From Leidyana gryllorum EB-2025a (taxonomy: Eukaryota; Protista; Apicomplexa), in assembly GCA_048772705.1 (NCBI GenBank), contig JBLWGC010000051.1:248001-312000 (forward strand): 64,000 bases of DNA. The letters run 5' to 3'. Positions 55,301 to 64,000 of this stretch are shown here, one piece after another. Made by a program: the position numbers and the translations under genes. Numbering within the stretch: the stretch's first letter is position 1; every line of letters starts with the position of its first letter. Below the pieces are notes generated by a model. The model was not told where the DNA came from. It searched no databases and worked only from the letters and a program-made list of their open reading frames with translations.

Positions 55301-58300
55301 ACAATGTTGAGTTACGAGAGCGATCCAAGCTCGTTGACCACAACCACCAACTACAGCCGCTCCGCAGCTCTCCTGGACCTCGACATACTGACGGATATGA
55401 AAACCTCATACTTCCATCTGTCCAACCGAGAAATGGAGCTGGCCGACCCACAGCATCGCCTGGCTATCACCGTTGGATACGAAGCCCTGCTGAGTGCTGG
55501 GATGACCCTGAAGACTATACAAGGCCACGAGATCGGTGTCTTTGTTGGCAGCTCAGATCACGAATGGCCCCTCATCCTCGGAGGTATTCAGGGTGAAAAG
55601 GTCCCAGAAGCGACTTCCAACGCGAGCGCATTGTCGTCTGCCCATCACTACACAGGGGCAGCCTCATGTATGTTGGCTAACCGGGTCAGTCACACTTTGA
55701 GACTGCGAGGGCCGAGTATGTCAGTTGACACCGGGTGCAGCAGTTTCGTGTCGGCTCTCAGTATGGCTTGTGACTCTATCAACCTGAACAGAGCACATCA
55801 AGGAGCTCTCGCGATTGGTGTCTCGGCGATATTGGGACCCTTGGCAACCACTGGGTTGTGTCAAATGCGCTATCTCTCCACAAATCGTGATCATATCAAC
55901 CCTTTCGATGTGAGGTCAAATGGCACTCTGCGCGGCGAAGGCTGTGGAGCTGTTATGCTGATGCCCTATGCGGCTTGCACCACCTCCGACAAGTACAAAG
56001 TCTTCGGTTGGATCAAAGGCATAGGGGTCAATCAGAATGGAGGAGGTACCCATCTTACTGCTTTCCACACTCCGGCTGTTGAAGGTGTCATGCGGAAGGC
56101 GCTCAGAATGGCCACCACCAGTCCCTCGGATGTCGATGTCGTGGAAGCCCAAGCGAACGGTATCGTCATTGGCGATACTGTCGAGATGAATGCTATCCGC
56201 AATGTCTTTGCACCCGACGCCGGCTCAGAAACCCTTCGCCCTTTGTACGTGGGCTGTGTACACTCACACTTCGGCCACAGTAACGGGGCTATGGGAGCGG
56301 CACAACTCATCAAAGCTTTAATGACGATCCATCATCGCGTCGTGCCTGCGCTCCTCGGATTCAAGCAACCTCATCGCTTCCTGGGAGACGTCAAGAAATA
56401 CTCTGTCATTCTGCCGACTGAGAACACACCACTTCGCAGCGATGGTCATCCCATTACTGTTCTTATGAACTCCTTTGGAATGGGCGGCGCAAATGGAAGT
56501 GTTATCATCAGTGGGGTGAGCGATAGCAGAGTTCGCGAAGAAGACCTCAAGTACCCGAGCACCGACGAGGCGTTCCTTCAATGTCCCTCTGCTCATCTGC
56601 CTTGGTCTCCTCCTGACGCCCTCGTTGCTGCCAGTGCCTTGAGCAATGACCTCGCCCATCCCACTGCGGATCTTGACGAGCTGCTCAGCATCGTGGCTAA
56701 GGCACCCAACCGGGTCAACTTCCTCAGCTCTTGGCACCGGATGGTCGACAGCACTCCAGAACTGAGAGACTACAATATCCTCATTGTAGCTGGAGGACCA
56801 GTCTCAGACCTCATGAAACAGCTGGTTGACCGATTGTTTGAGAGGCGCGAGTACAGTCGTATCACCGTGATCTGCCAGAGGAAATACTACACACCCTTCG
56901 AGAGCGACTGGCCGTTCCCCATACGCAGTGCTGACGAGGAGTTCTCCCGTTTACAATGGGTTGCAGTCGAGCCAAGTGTGGATACAAACTTGCCTGTCAC
57001 CCCTGATGCTTTCGACTCTGTGTTTGTTATCCCACGAAGTCAACTGTTGGGAGTTCCCTACGCCCTGTGTCGAGATGATGTTCAAATGGTCAAGTTGTGT
57101 CTGCCGCTCCTCTTGGAATCTCGCGAAATTCAAGTCCTTAGTCATGCTTACAGCGATCCTCAACTGCTTTTCTTGACAGAAGGGAAGCTCAATTGCGTAC
57201 CCCGACCTCTAACTGTGGAAGAGGTCAGCCGCATGGCTTCCCCTCAGCTGCACGGAGGCGTCTGGGCCCGTTTAATCATCGAGAGGATCCTCACAGAGCT
57301 GAAAGGCGGCCGTCGTATAACGATCCATCGCCACGGCCTTATCATGAACAATGAGTTGTTGTCCAACGTCATGATGGCTATGCTCGAGACTGCTGTCCGA
57401 GCAGGACAAGTAGTAGATGGCGCTCCTCTGCTGGTGTCGAACGTTCAGTCCCTCATCGAAGGTCTGTGTGACTACAATAGCGAGTACTGGAAGGCGACCA
57501 ACTTTGAAGGGGTTCTGTACACTAACTTGGTGTCTCGCACACCTTACACGCGACAACATTTGGTTTTGGATCTGACCCTGTTGGGATTGAACGTTGATGT
57601 GGTGCCGCTTGAAGCGGTCTTGCGGGAGGCCAAGAACGCCAACAGCAACTCGGGAACTCTTGTTTCGATGACCATTCATCGCATGCTGGCTCCGCATCTC
57701 ACGTCGCCGCAGACTACTCCTGTAACGTTCGGTGGATACTGTCCAACGTCTGTGGAGGCCGTGTCCGCGGTCCACCTGCGTATGCCTACAGTGACGCTGA
57801 AGCGGGGCTTCCCCTTCCGCACCCCAGTTGATGCAACGATAAGTGCGGAGAAGATCCTGGGGGCTTTGTACACGGCTGGAGCATTACCGCGTAATCGCCC
57901 GCTCAGCGCAGTGACACTGGCTGTACTCAAGGCTTTCAGCCATGCGGCCAGTGCTGCCAATCTCAGCAGCCACGGTATCGCCATGTTGAGGTTGATGCTC
58001 TGTCACTGTGTCCAGAACCTGGAAGTATGTGCCGCATTAGAAGAGGCAGGCGTACAGCCGGCGTATAACCAAGGATCGTCTACCACTGACGCTCTGCAAC
58101 CCGTTTTCGTAATTGGAATGGACCGCCTGTCGAATCTGTTGGTAGCCAATATGTTGTTGGCAGACAAGGAGCGGTTCCGGTCTCCTGGGTTTGGTCGAAT
58201 GATGGCCCTGTTTGGTCCCATAGGCCATCTCAAATGGGATGAGGATGAGCCAATTTGGCCAGCAATCACTCGAGCTTGGCAGAACTTTGACAAGGCGCAG

Positions 58301-61300
58301 GCCTATGTCGAAGATTCCATCCAGACACTGAAGAACATTGTTGGCACCGACTATGAGTGCTTGTTCCCTGACAAGGAGGAACAGCCATGGGAAGACACTC
58401 TGCTTCTGGAGTTCATGGGGTTGAACCAAAGTTATATGATGAAGTTCCAGATCGATGTGACGCAAGTCATGAAAGACCATATGCTGGAAGCCTACAAACT
58501 GCACAGAATGATGCTCGGACTGCAGCTACATCGCATGAAATTCAAGTGTCGGCCACTTGATGGACAGCATGTGGTTCTCACCTCGCCATACCACTTACTC
58601 GGCCTGAAAGAGCTCATGACCACCTATCCAGATTGCCGGATAGTCTACATCACTAGCTCCATAGAGTCCGCCTTGCACTTGAACATTCAAGTTTCTGAGC
58701 GATTCCAGTACAATCTGCGTCGGACCTACGACTTGGGAGAGATTGTGAGAAGCCAACGAAAAGTATTGCGAGAAGGCATCGGGGCTGCCCTCCCACAACT
58801 GAGACAACTGAGTGACAAACAGCTCTTCGTGGTGCGGCCGGAAAGCATTTTCGAGAACAGTCGTTCCTTGTTATCCTCATTGCGTGCCTGGTTGAACATT
58901 CCGAGAACTGAGCCTCTGCCAACGAGCTGTACCCGGGCGTTGTCGGAAGTGGTATTGGACCAGCTGCTCCCCCACTCGATGGATCATCGCAGTCGTGGAC
59001 GAGTCGCCCTGATCAGTCAAGCTATGCAACACATGAGTGAGGCTAGTGAGGAGCAATTGGCAGAGACGCCTTTGACCTTCGAAGCCCCGCGCGGCACTGA
59101 TGAGTACTTTGCGTGCCTTCAGGTCGCTGCTTCGAAGAAACTGACCAGCGCGACTCTCCGAAAGGCACTTCAACACCTCAGCGTCCCTGTGGCCGCACCT
59201 GGGGACGACCCAACGGAAGTCATCCGCCATTACATCACTAATCTGATCCCGACTTTGTTCCAGATTGAGGTGATCGAAGGGACCAAACCCAGATCGCGGA
59301 TAATACTGACTGGCGCTGTTGGCTTTTTGGGAAGATACGTTCTGCACTCACTCCTTCAGAAAGACTTGGACAGCTACACAGGACACAAGAATACCAAAGT
59401 GACATGTTTGATCCGAAATAACCAGAAGATGACAGCACGCGAGCGGTTGTTCGCGGCCTTCAATGAGGCTGGGCTACCGACCGACGAGCTCAGGACCCCT
59501 CGGGTGGAAGTGATTGTCGCAGATCTGGAGAGAGACCGATTCGGGTTGTCGAACGCGATGTATACAGAGCTCGCTGAGACCACCTACTGCATCTATCACA
59601 CAGCTGGAAAAGTGCATCCTCTGGCAGATTTCAAGGATCTCGCAGGACCCAATGTTCACGCAACATTCCAAGTTGCCAAGTTGCTGGTGTACTCTGGCTG
59701 TGAACGGATGAACTTTGTCTCGTCGGTGATTGTGTACCCCGAGGCTACTCAGGGAGCTCCACATCTCGACTTCTTCCCGGAGAGTCAGCAACCCACACCA
59801 TTCACCCAACTCGCAGATTTCCCGTAAGTGATGCTAAGTTTTGCTATATATAGACAATGAATCATGATGGTTGCAGAGTTGCGGGCAATGGTTACGCATG
59901 GGCAAAGCAGGCTGCCGAACTGATGATGCAAGTTCTCAGCGAGAGAATGGATCTTCCCATCGCCATCTATCGCTTCCCCCACGTGTTTGCAGCTGCCAAT
60001 CCTCCTCGTTTGAATGCTGATGATCCCATCACCGACATTGTCCAGGTGGCAATCGAAACTGGGCTTCTGACTGAGCGTATCATTTCCTGGACCAATGGCG
60101 TTACAGTGGATGATGGCGCACGATTGATGGTGGAGGTGAGTTTGGTGTACAGAATTGACTGTTATTGATCCCTTTTGCAGATCTCTATGAAGACGGCGGC
60201 CCACAGCGCTCACAACTCCGACGCCCCTAACACCAATACATATCACATCTGTCGCGGCAGCCACCCGAGTTCTTTCTCGAACGCGGAGGAAACGCTGGAT
60301 CTCGCTCGCACAGTTGGCATACCGATTGACGTGGTGGAGGATGACGTCTTTGTCAAACGGGCGACTGAAATGAACCCTGGCAGTAAAGCTATGGTGTTCT
60401 ATAGTTTCGCTCGCGACATGATGGACATCCGGGGTCCTCAGGTGCGCAAACGGCGGGCGCTGACGGAGAGTGAAACACTCTGCAACACGAGAGCCCTAAA
60501 TGCGCATACTACATGGACTCCCAGCTCCGAGCTGTTCGCCGGTTTGATACGTCAAGTTCTGATGACTCGGCAATTGAGTATGAATTCGGCCATCTCGTCA
60601 TTGGACGGGCACAAAATCATTCAACTTTGTCACCACGCTGTCCGCAATGTATTGGGTGCCGATGTGTGGAGAGAATTGGAGGAGACATTCCAGGATCGAT
60701 CTAAGCGAACTCTTTTGGATGATGAGAACTTCTTGATGGAGCCCCTTGAGATCTTCCGGAGCGAAGCCTCTCAAAAAGCCAATGCTTTGGGTCGCATCTT
60801 TGCGCGAAGATTCGTACAGCAATGGTATTGCAACTTGATGCTTATGCAACTGGCGGAGAAACGGGATCCGTCGCTGCTCACCCTACCCATCGTGGAGAAA
60901 CCCGTTTTCATCGTTGGACTGAACCGAAGTGGAACTACGTACTTGTACCATGCATTAGCCCGCGATACGTCAGTGTTCAGAGCTCCCACCCTAATGGAAC
61001 TGATGATGCCCTACGGTACTGATGGGGTCTTCTTGCCGCAACCGGGCGAGACCAGTCCCGCTCCGTTACTGCCGTGTGATCTGGAGTCATACGCAGAGGA
61101 CCCACGGCGCGAAGTCTGCCAGATGCATCTCAAGTGGGCGAGCGTCCCTAACTGGGATGTAATCCACCAGTCCCACGCGCAGCTCCCAGAGGAGGATTAC
61201 CTGATCTTCGATCATTCCGGACGAACGTTCTCCTTCCCGATCGCATATGACGCAGCAGAGTATACGAGATGGTTGGAGGCGAACGACTACGCGGAGTTGA

Positions 61301-61881
61301 GAAGGGGATACAAAACGCACATAAGATTCCTCAGACACCTCCAACGCCAGAGAGAAACTCCCCGATGGCTGATCAAGGGACCCTTCCATATGATCACAAT
61401 GGACACTCTCTTCGAGACGTACCCAGATGCCAAAATCATCTGTCTGCATCGGAGTCCGGTGGCATCAGTGGAGTCGTGGCTCAATTTGGTTCTGGCGTTC
61501 CGGAAAACTCTGTCGGACAGCGAGGACCACACTTTGTGGGCCCACGAGGAAGTGCAGCGCGAAGCGTTGATGATGGAGAGGTTCCAGAAATGGCGCGACG
61601 CGAATCCCGAGTTGGCGAGTGAAAGAGTCCTTGACGTCCACTTCAACCGGATGATAAAGAGTCCGGGCGATACCGTCAAAGAAGTTTATGACTTCGTGGG
61701 AGAAAAGTACGACGACACGGTGGCCAGCCTGCTGGAGGGATTTGAATGCGAGGATGGAAACTGGCGTCTTCAGAAAGGCACTTTGAATCGAAAAGAGCCT
61801 CTGTTATACTTTGGCTTAACAGAAGAGGAAGTGAATAAGGCTTTCGCAAAGTGCCGCTTGCACAGCTCCTCCACCAACTAG
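37376..61881 (+). CDS. Giant modular type I polyketide/fatty acid synthase (~8,107 aa); exons 37376-37638, 37681-37977, 38020-59823, 59877-60135, 60181-61881
   Basis: Four canonical GT-AG introns join the ORFs in frame (24,324 nt in total) and restore GDRVVL-CYQPGLEF and DFP-VAGNGYAWAKQAAE; FAAL, ACP, KS, AT, DH, ER, KR, reductase and sulfotransferase motifs as listed in the domain entries. Confidence 0.95.
37790..39830 (+). other. PKS domain: fatty acyl-AMP ligase (FAAL) loading domain
   Basis: FLQYTSGSTGQPKGV, SWLPVYHDMGLIG, GPNFAF, AYGLAENTL, FAAL-specific insertion before LVSCG, KDMLIIRGRNYYPQDIE, LPKTSSGKVRR. Confidence 0.92.
40280..40500 (+). other. PKS domain: loading ACP (ACP1)
   Basis: PIFDLGVDSMTAV, LFECPTLSQL. 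Confidence 0.9.
40560..45620 (+). other. PKS module 1: KS-DH-vestigial ER-KR-ACP2, with no AT
   Basis: KS DTACSSS/HGTGT/GHLEGAAG; DH AEHIIQEVPVVPGAG and HPAMLDGVMQ; KR TGGLGGLG, HAAGILSD, NQTNYAMAN; ACP GVDSLAA. Confidence 0.88.
45715..52230 (+). other. PKS module 2: KS-AT-DH-ER-KR-ACP3 (fully reducing)
   Basis: KS triad intact; AT FTGQG/GHSLG/AYHS; DH RDHKVVNRAIMPATG and HPAVLDGVLQ; ER GLNFRDVL and LIHAATGGVG; KR HAAGVLRD and NYAAAN; ACP GIDSLAA. Confidence 0.92.
52395..55110 (+). other. PKS module 3: KS-AT-ACP4 (non-reducing)
   Basis: KS triad intact; AT FTGQGSQY/GHSLGEY/AFHS; ACP AGVDSLAT. Confidence 0.92.
55180..56520 (+). other. PKS domain: non-elongating ketosynthase (KS0)
   Basis: DTGCSS keeps the Cys, but EAHGTGT is replaced by EAQANG and KTNIGH by HSHFGH. 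Confidence 0.8.
56770..58900 (+). other. PKS domains: degenerate reductase followed by degenerate sulfotransferase
   Basis: GGVWARLIIERIL...ITIHRHGLI parallels GYAWAKQAAELMM...IAIYRFPHV; QPVFVIGMDRLSNL...RFRSP...LTSPYHL...TYPDCRIV parallels KPVFIVGLNRSGTT...VFRAP...IKGPFHM...TYPDAKII. Confidence 0.7.
59290..60560 (+). other. PKS domain: thioester reductase (R, NAD_binding_4/SDR), split by two introns
   Basis: IILTGAVGFLG, VTCLIR, ADLERDRFGL, IYHTAG, PNVHAT, FVSS and YxxxK (GYAWAK). Confidence 0.9.
60600..61860 (+). other. PKS domain: C-terminal PAPS-dependent sulfotransferase (Sulfotransfer_3, mycobacterial Stf-like)
   Basis: PVFIVGLNRSGTTYL (5'-PSB), PEED, WLIKGPFH, YPDAKIICLHRSPVASVESW (3'-PB, RxxxxxxxS). 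Confidence 0.88.
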
Positions 61882-61889
61882 TCGTCATC

Positions 61890-62295
61890 TCAAGTATTAT
61901 GCTTCTTCTTTGGTTTATACCGTTTGTCCTTCTGTTTGCGAACCTTCTCAGCTTGGTACACATCCCGATATTTATTAACGCGCAGTTTGACCCCCGTCTC
62001 CTTCTCCTTCTCCAAAGTCTTGGCCACGGCCTTGTCAGCGGCCTTACGCCGCGCAAAGACTTCCGTGAGGGGCATCTTTTGACGTTTCTCAACCTGCAGT
62101 GACAAAATGAGACTGTGAACGGAGGGCCTGCTGGCTGGCTACCTTGGCACCCAAAGCTTTCAGTTTGGTCAACTCGTAGTCTTTCCGCAGATGTTTGCTC
62201 AAATGGGGCATCGCGAGGTCTCGAACTTCCCTCACGATTTGATTAAACTGGTCCGTATATCCCACATTGCGACGATTTGGCTTCGGCTTGGCCAT
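61890..62295 (-). CDS. Small basic nucleolar-type protein (FAF1/DUF4602-like), 2 exons
   Basis: Spliced RKDYELTKLKALGAK/VEKRQKMPL...KAVAKTLEKEKETGV resembles the DUF4602 family. Confidence 0.6.
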
Positions 62296-62343
62296 TGTAT
62301 TTGCAATCCAAAAAAAAGATTTGGACTCTACTGAGAGGATGAG

Positions 62344-63783
62344 ATGGCAGCAAACGTTGAGCATGACCGAGACACCGTGGTAGGTGAAGGGAAGGGCGCT
62401 GCTCGTGGACAAAGGTAAGATTTCCGAGCCCTAATGTCCATTGTGTGTAGTCTAGTGGAACTGAGATCAAAGATAGGTGCGCTCAAACGCCAGGTCGACG
62501 ACTATGAATCTCGCTCAAGTATCGGCGTGGGCATAGTCGCGCCCGAGAGTATGGATGAGAATAATACGCAACGGCATTCGCGAGACGCCAACTCCTCCAT
62601 CAACGGTGTGTGCTTAACCGGTTGCGAAAGATCGTCCCCCCCCTCCCCATCCGCATACCGCCGGCAAAGCTGGCCCGCATTAGTGTCGGCATCGCCGAGA
62701 AGGCGAGAACGTTCATCTGACCGATCCCACATCGATCTCTTGCAACAACAAGACGAGACCATACACAACCTGCAAGAGACTATAGATTCCCAGAGTGCCA
62801 AAATACGCCAACTCGAGGAAATTGTCGCTCGACGGACCCAACAAGTCGAACAGTTAACCATGTCAATGGCCGGGGTCCGGCAGGATCTGTTCGACGCCGA
62901 CTCGGGTGCCACACTACGAAAGCTCAATAACTTACAACACCATCTGCAATCTTCGCAGAGACACGAAGCACAGTTAGAATCATTGGTAAGCGATTCCTTT
63001 TCCTCTCCCTTCCCCCTCCCTTCCCCTCCATCACCCAGTGTGCCTGTCTCTCTGCTGATCGGCCGCCCCTTTGCCTTTGTCTTTGTCTTTGCCTTTATTT
63101 ATCAAATAATTGCTCCGCGACAGGTGAGCTGCTCGGAGAGCAGACTAACGGAGTTCTACGCCCTTCAATGTGCCCTAGAAACCGCGAACGAAAAGACTCG
63201 TACCTGGCAGAAACGTGCTGCTATGTTAGCACAAGCTCGAACCCAAACTCAGAATGCCCATGAACGGGCTGTCCTACTGGTAATTGAATGATGCCAGGAT
63301 TCTGAGCTCATCTTGCTTAGCTAGCTGGCTGCCCAGGATATGGCTGATTATGCCAGTGGTGTGGACCGGGCTGGTGCCGGAGCAAACCAAGTCACTAGTC
63401 CCCCAATGCGGGAGGCTGGCGCACAGACGGACCCTGAAGGTTGGGAAGCGATGCTCAACGAACAGATCGTCTCATCTGTGATGAGTACCCGCACTCCTCA
63501 TCGCGCTAATCGCCGATCACCCACACGAGGGACGCCGAGCTCGCCGCAGAGCAGCTGGAGTCCATCGTCTGTGTGGATAGGGAGTCAGGAGAATCGAGAG
63601 CGTCGTTCGCTAGTTATGATGCTTCGAAAAGAACGACGCCAACGCCAAGATGCTGAACGCAAGTTGCACGATCTGCTGGGCTTTCACTTGATGGCTATGG
63701 AGAAGCCCCGTAAATCTGAAGGAGGAGGCGGCGGCGGCGAGATTCAGTTTGGGGGGGCTCGGGTCTTTGATTTCACGACATAA
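62344..63783 (+). CDS. Coiled-coil hypothetical protein, multi-exon
   Basis: Heptad-rich ORFs 62434-63291 and 63340-63783 with GT-AG junctions. Confidence 0.55.
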
Positions 63784-63798
63784 AATTTGAATGAAAAA

Positions 63799-64000
63799 AT
63801 GCGCCTCATATTCGTCCGGCATGGCGAGTCTTTGAACAATCTGTCCGCAAGTCAGCAGCATAGTGGCGATTCGGAGGACGCCTACAACGCACTCCGTATT
63901 CCGGATCCACCATTGGTGTCGAACGGTAAGACATTCAAGATGCCCCCCCTTACACTGTCGCAGCTGGAGAGGCCGGCCAGAAAGCAGGAAAATGGCTGTG
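63799..64000 (+). CDS. Histidine phosphatase / phosphoglycerate mutase family protein, partial (runs off the window)
   Basis: MRLIFVRHGESLNN (RHG motif)...DPPLVSNG. Confidence 0.8.
   Translation, partial: MRLIFVRHGESLNNLSASQQHSGDSEDAYNALRIPDPPLVSNGKTFKMPPLTLSQLERPARKQENGC

Noticed and set aside
59824-60180. Apparent stop of the PKS at 59827 and separate downstream reductase and sulfotransferase genes
   Set aside because: Two canonical introns (59824-59876, 60136-60180) restore one frame and the R-domain YxxxK motif; no readthrough or pseudogene is needed
60600-61881. CurM/Ols-type terminal olefin (ST-TE) pathway
   Set aside because: There is no thioesterase GxSxG domain, the ST lies after the reductase, and the last module has no KR to supply a beta-hydroxyl
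35462-61881. Bacterial contaminant or chimeric contig for the SSADH-PKS segment
   Set aside because: The PKS carries spliceosomal introns of the same style as its neighbours and sits among eukaryotic genes with the same tight spacing

Overview
Very compact, intron-containing eukaryotic DNA. An alveolin/IMC gene and a FAAL-loaded giant type I PKS point to an apicomplexan, most plausibly a gregarine or Cryptosporidium relative (inference). Genes are often only 10-50 nt apart and carry GT-AG mini-introns of about 30-55 nt, so the ORF track fragments many of them. The first 37 kb holds mostly housekeeping genes: EFM4-like, NTMT1 and TehB-like methyltransferases, a BCAS3/ATG18-like propeller, an ankyrin protein, RAD50, THP3/LENG8, alveolin, a PUF protein, SRP receptor beta, PPX1/Prune, APEX2, ArfGAP and a bacterial-type SSADH. 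The main feature is one 5-exon gene at 37376-61881 (about 8,107 aa after splicing), a modular PKS with the order FAAL-ACP-[KS-DH-vestigial ER-KR-ACP]-[KS-AT-DH-ER-KR-ACP]-[KS-AT-ACP]-KS0-(pseudo-reductase, pseudo-sulfotransferase)-(pseudo-ACP?)-thioester reductase-sulfotransferase. The reductase-then-sulfotransferase end suggests an assembly line for a sulfated long-chain fatty alcohol (a sulfolipid). Other oddities are a 600-nt intron in the PUF gene, an intronless 1,127-aa protein of possible actinobacterial or fungal affinity, start codons only 14-48 nt apart, hidden microprotein genes and a candidate structured RNA. I found no rRNA, tRNA, CRISPR array or mobile element. All calls are by eye; no searches were run.
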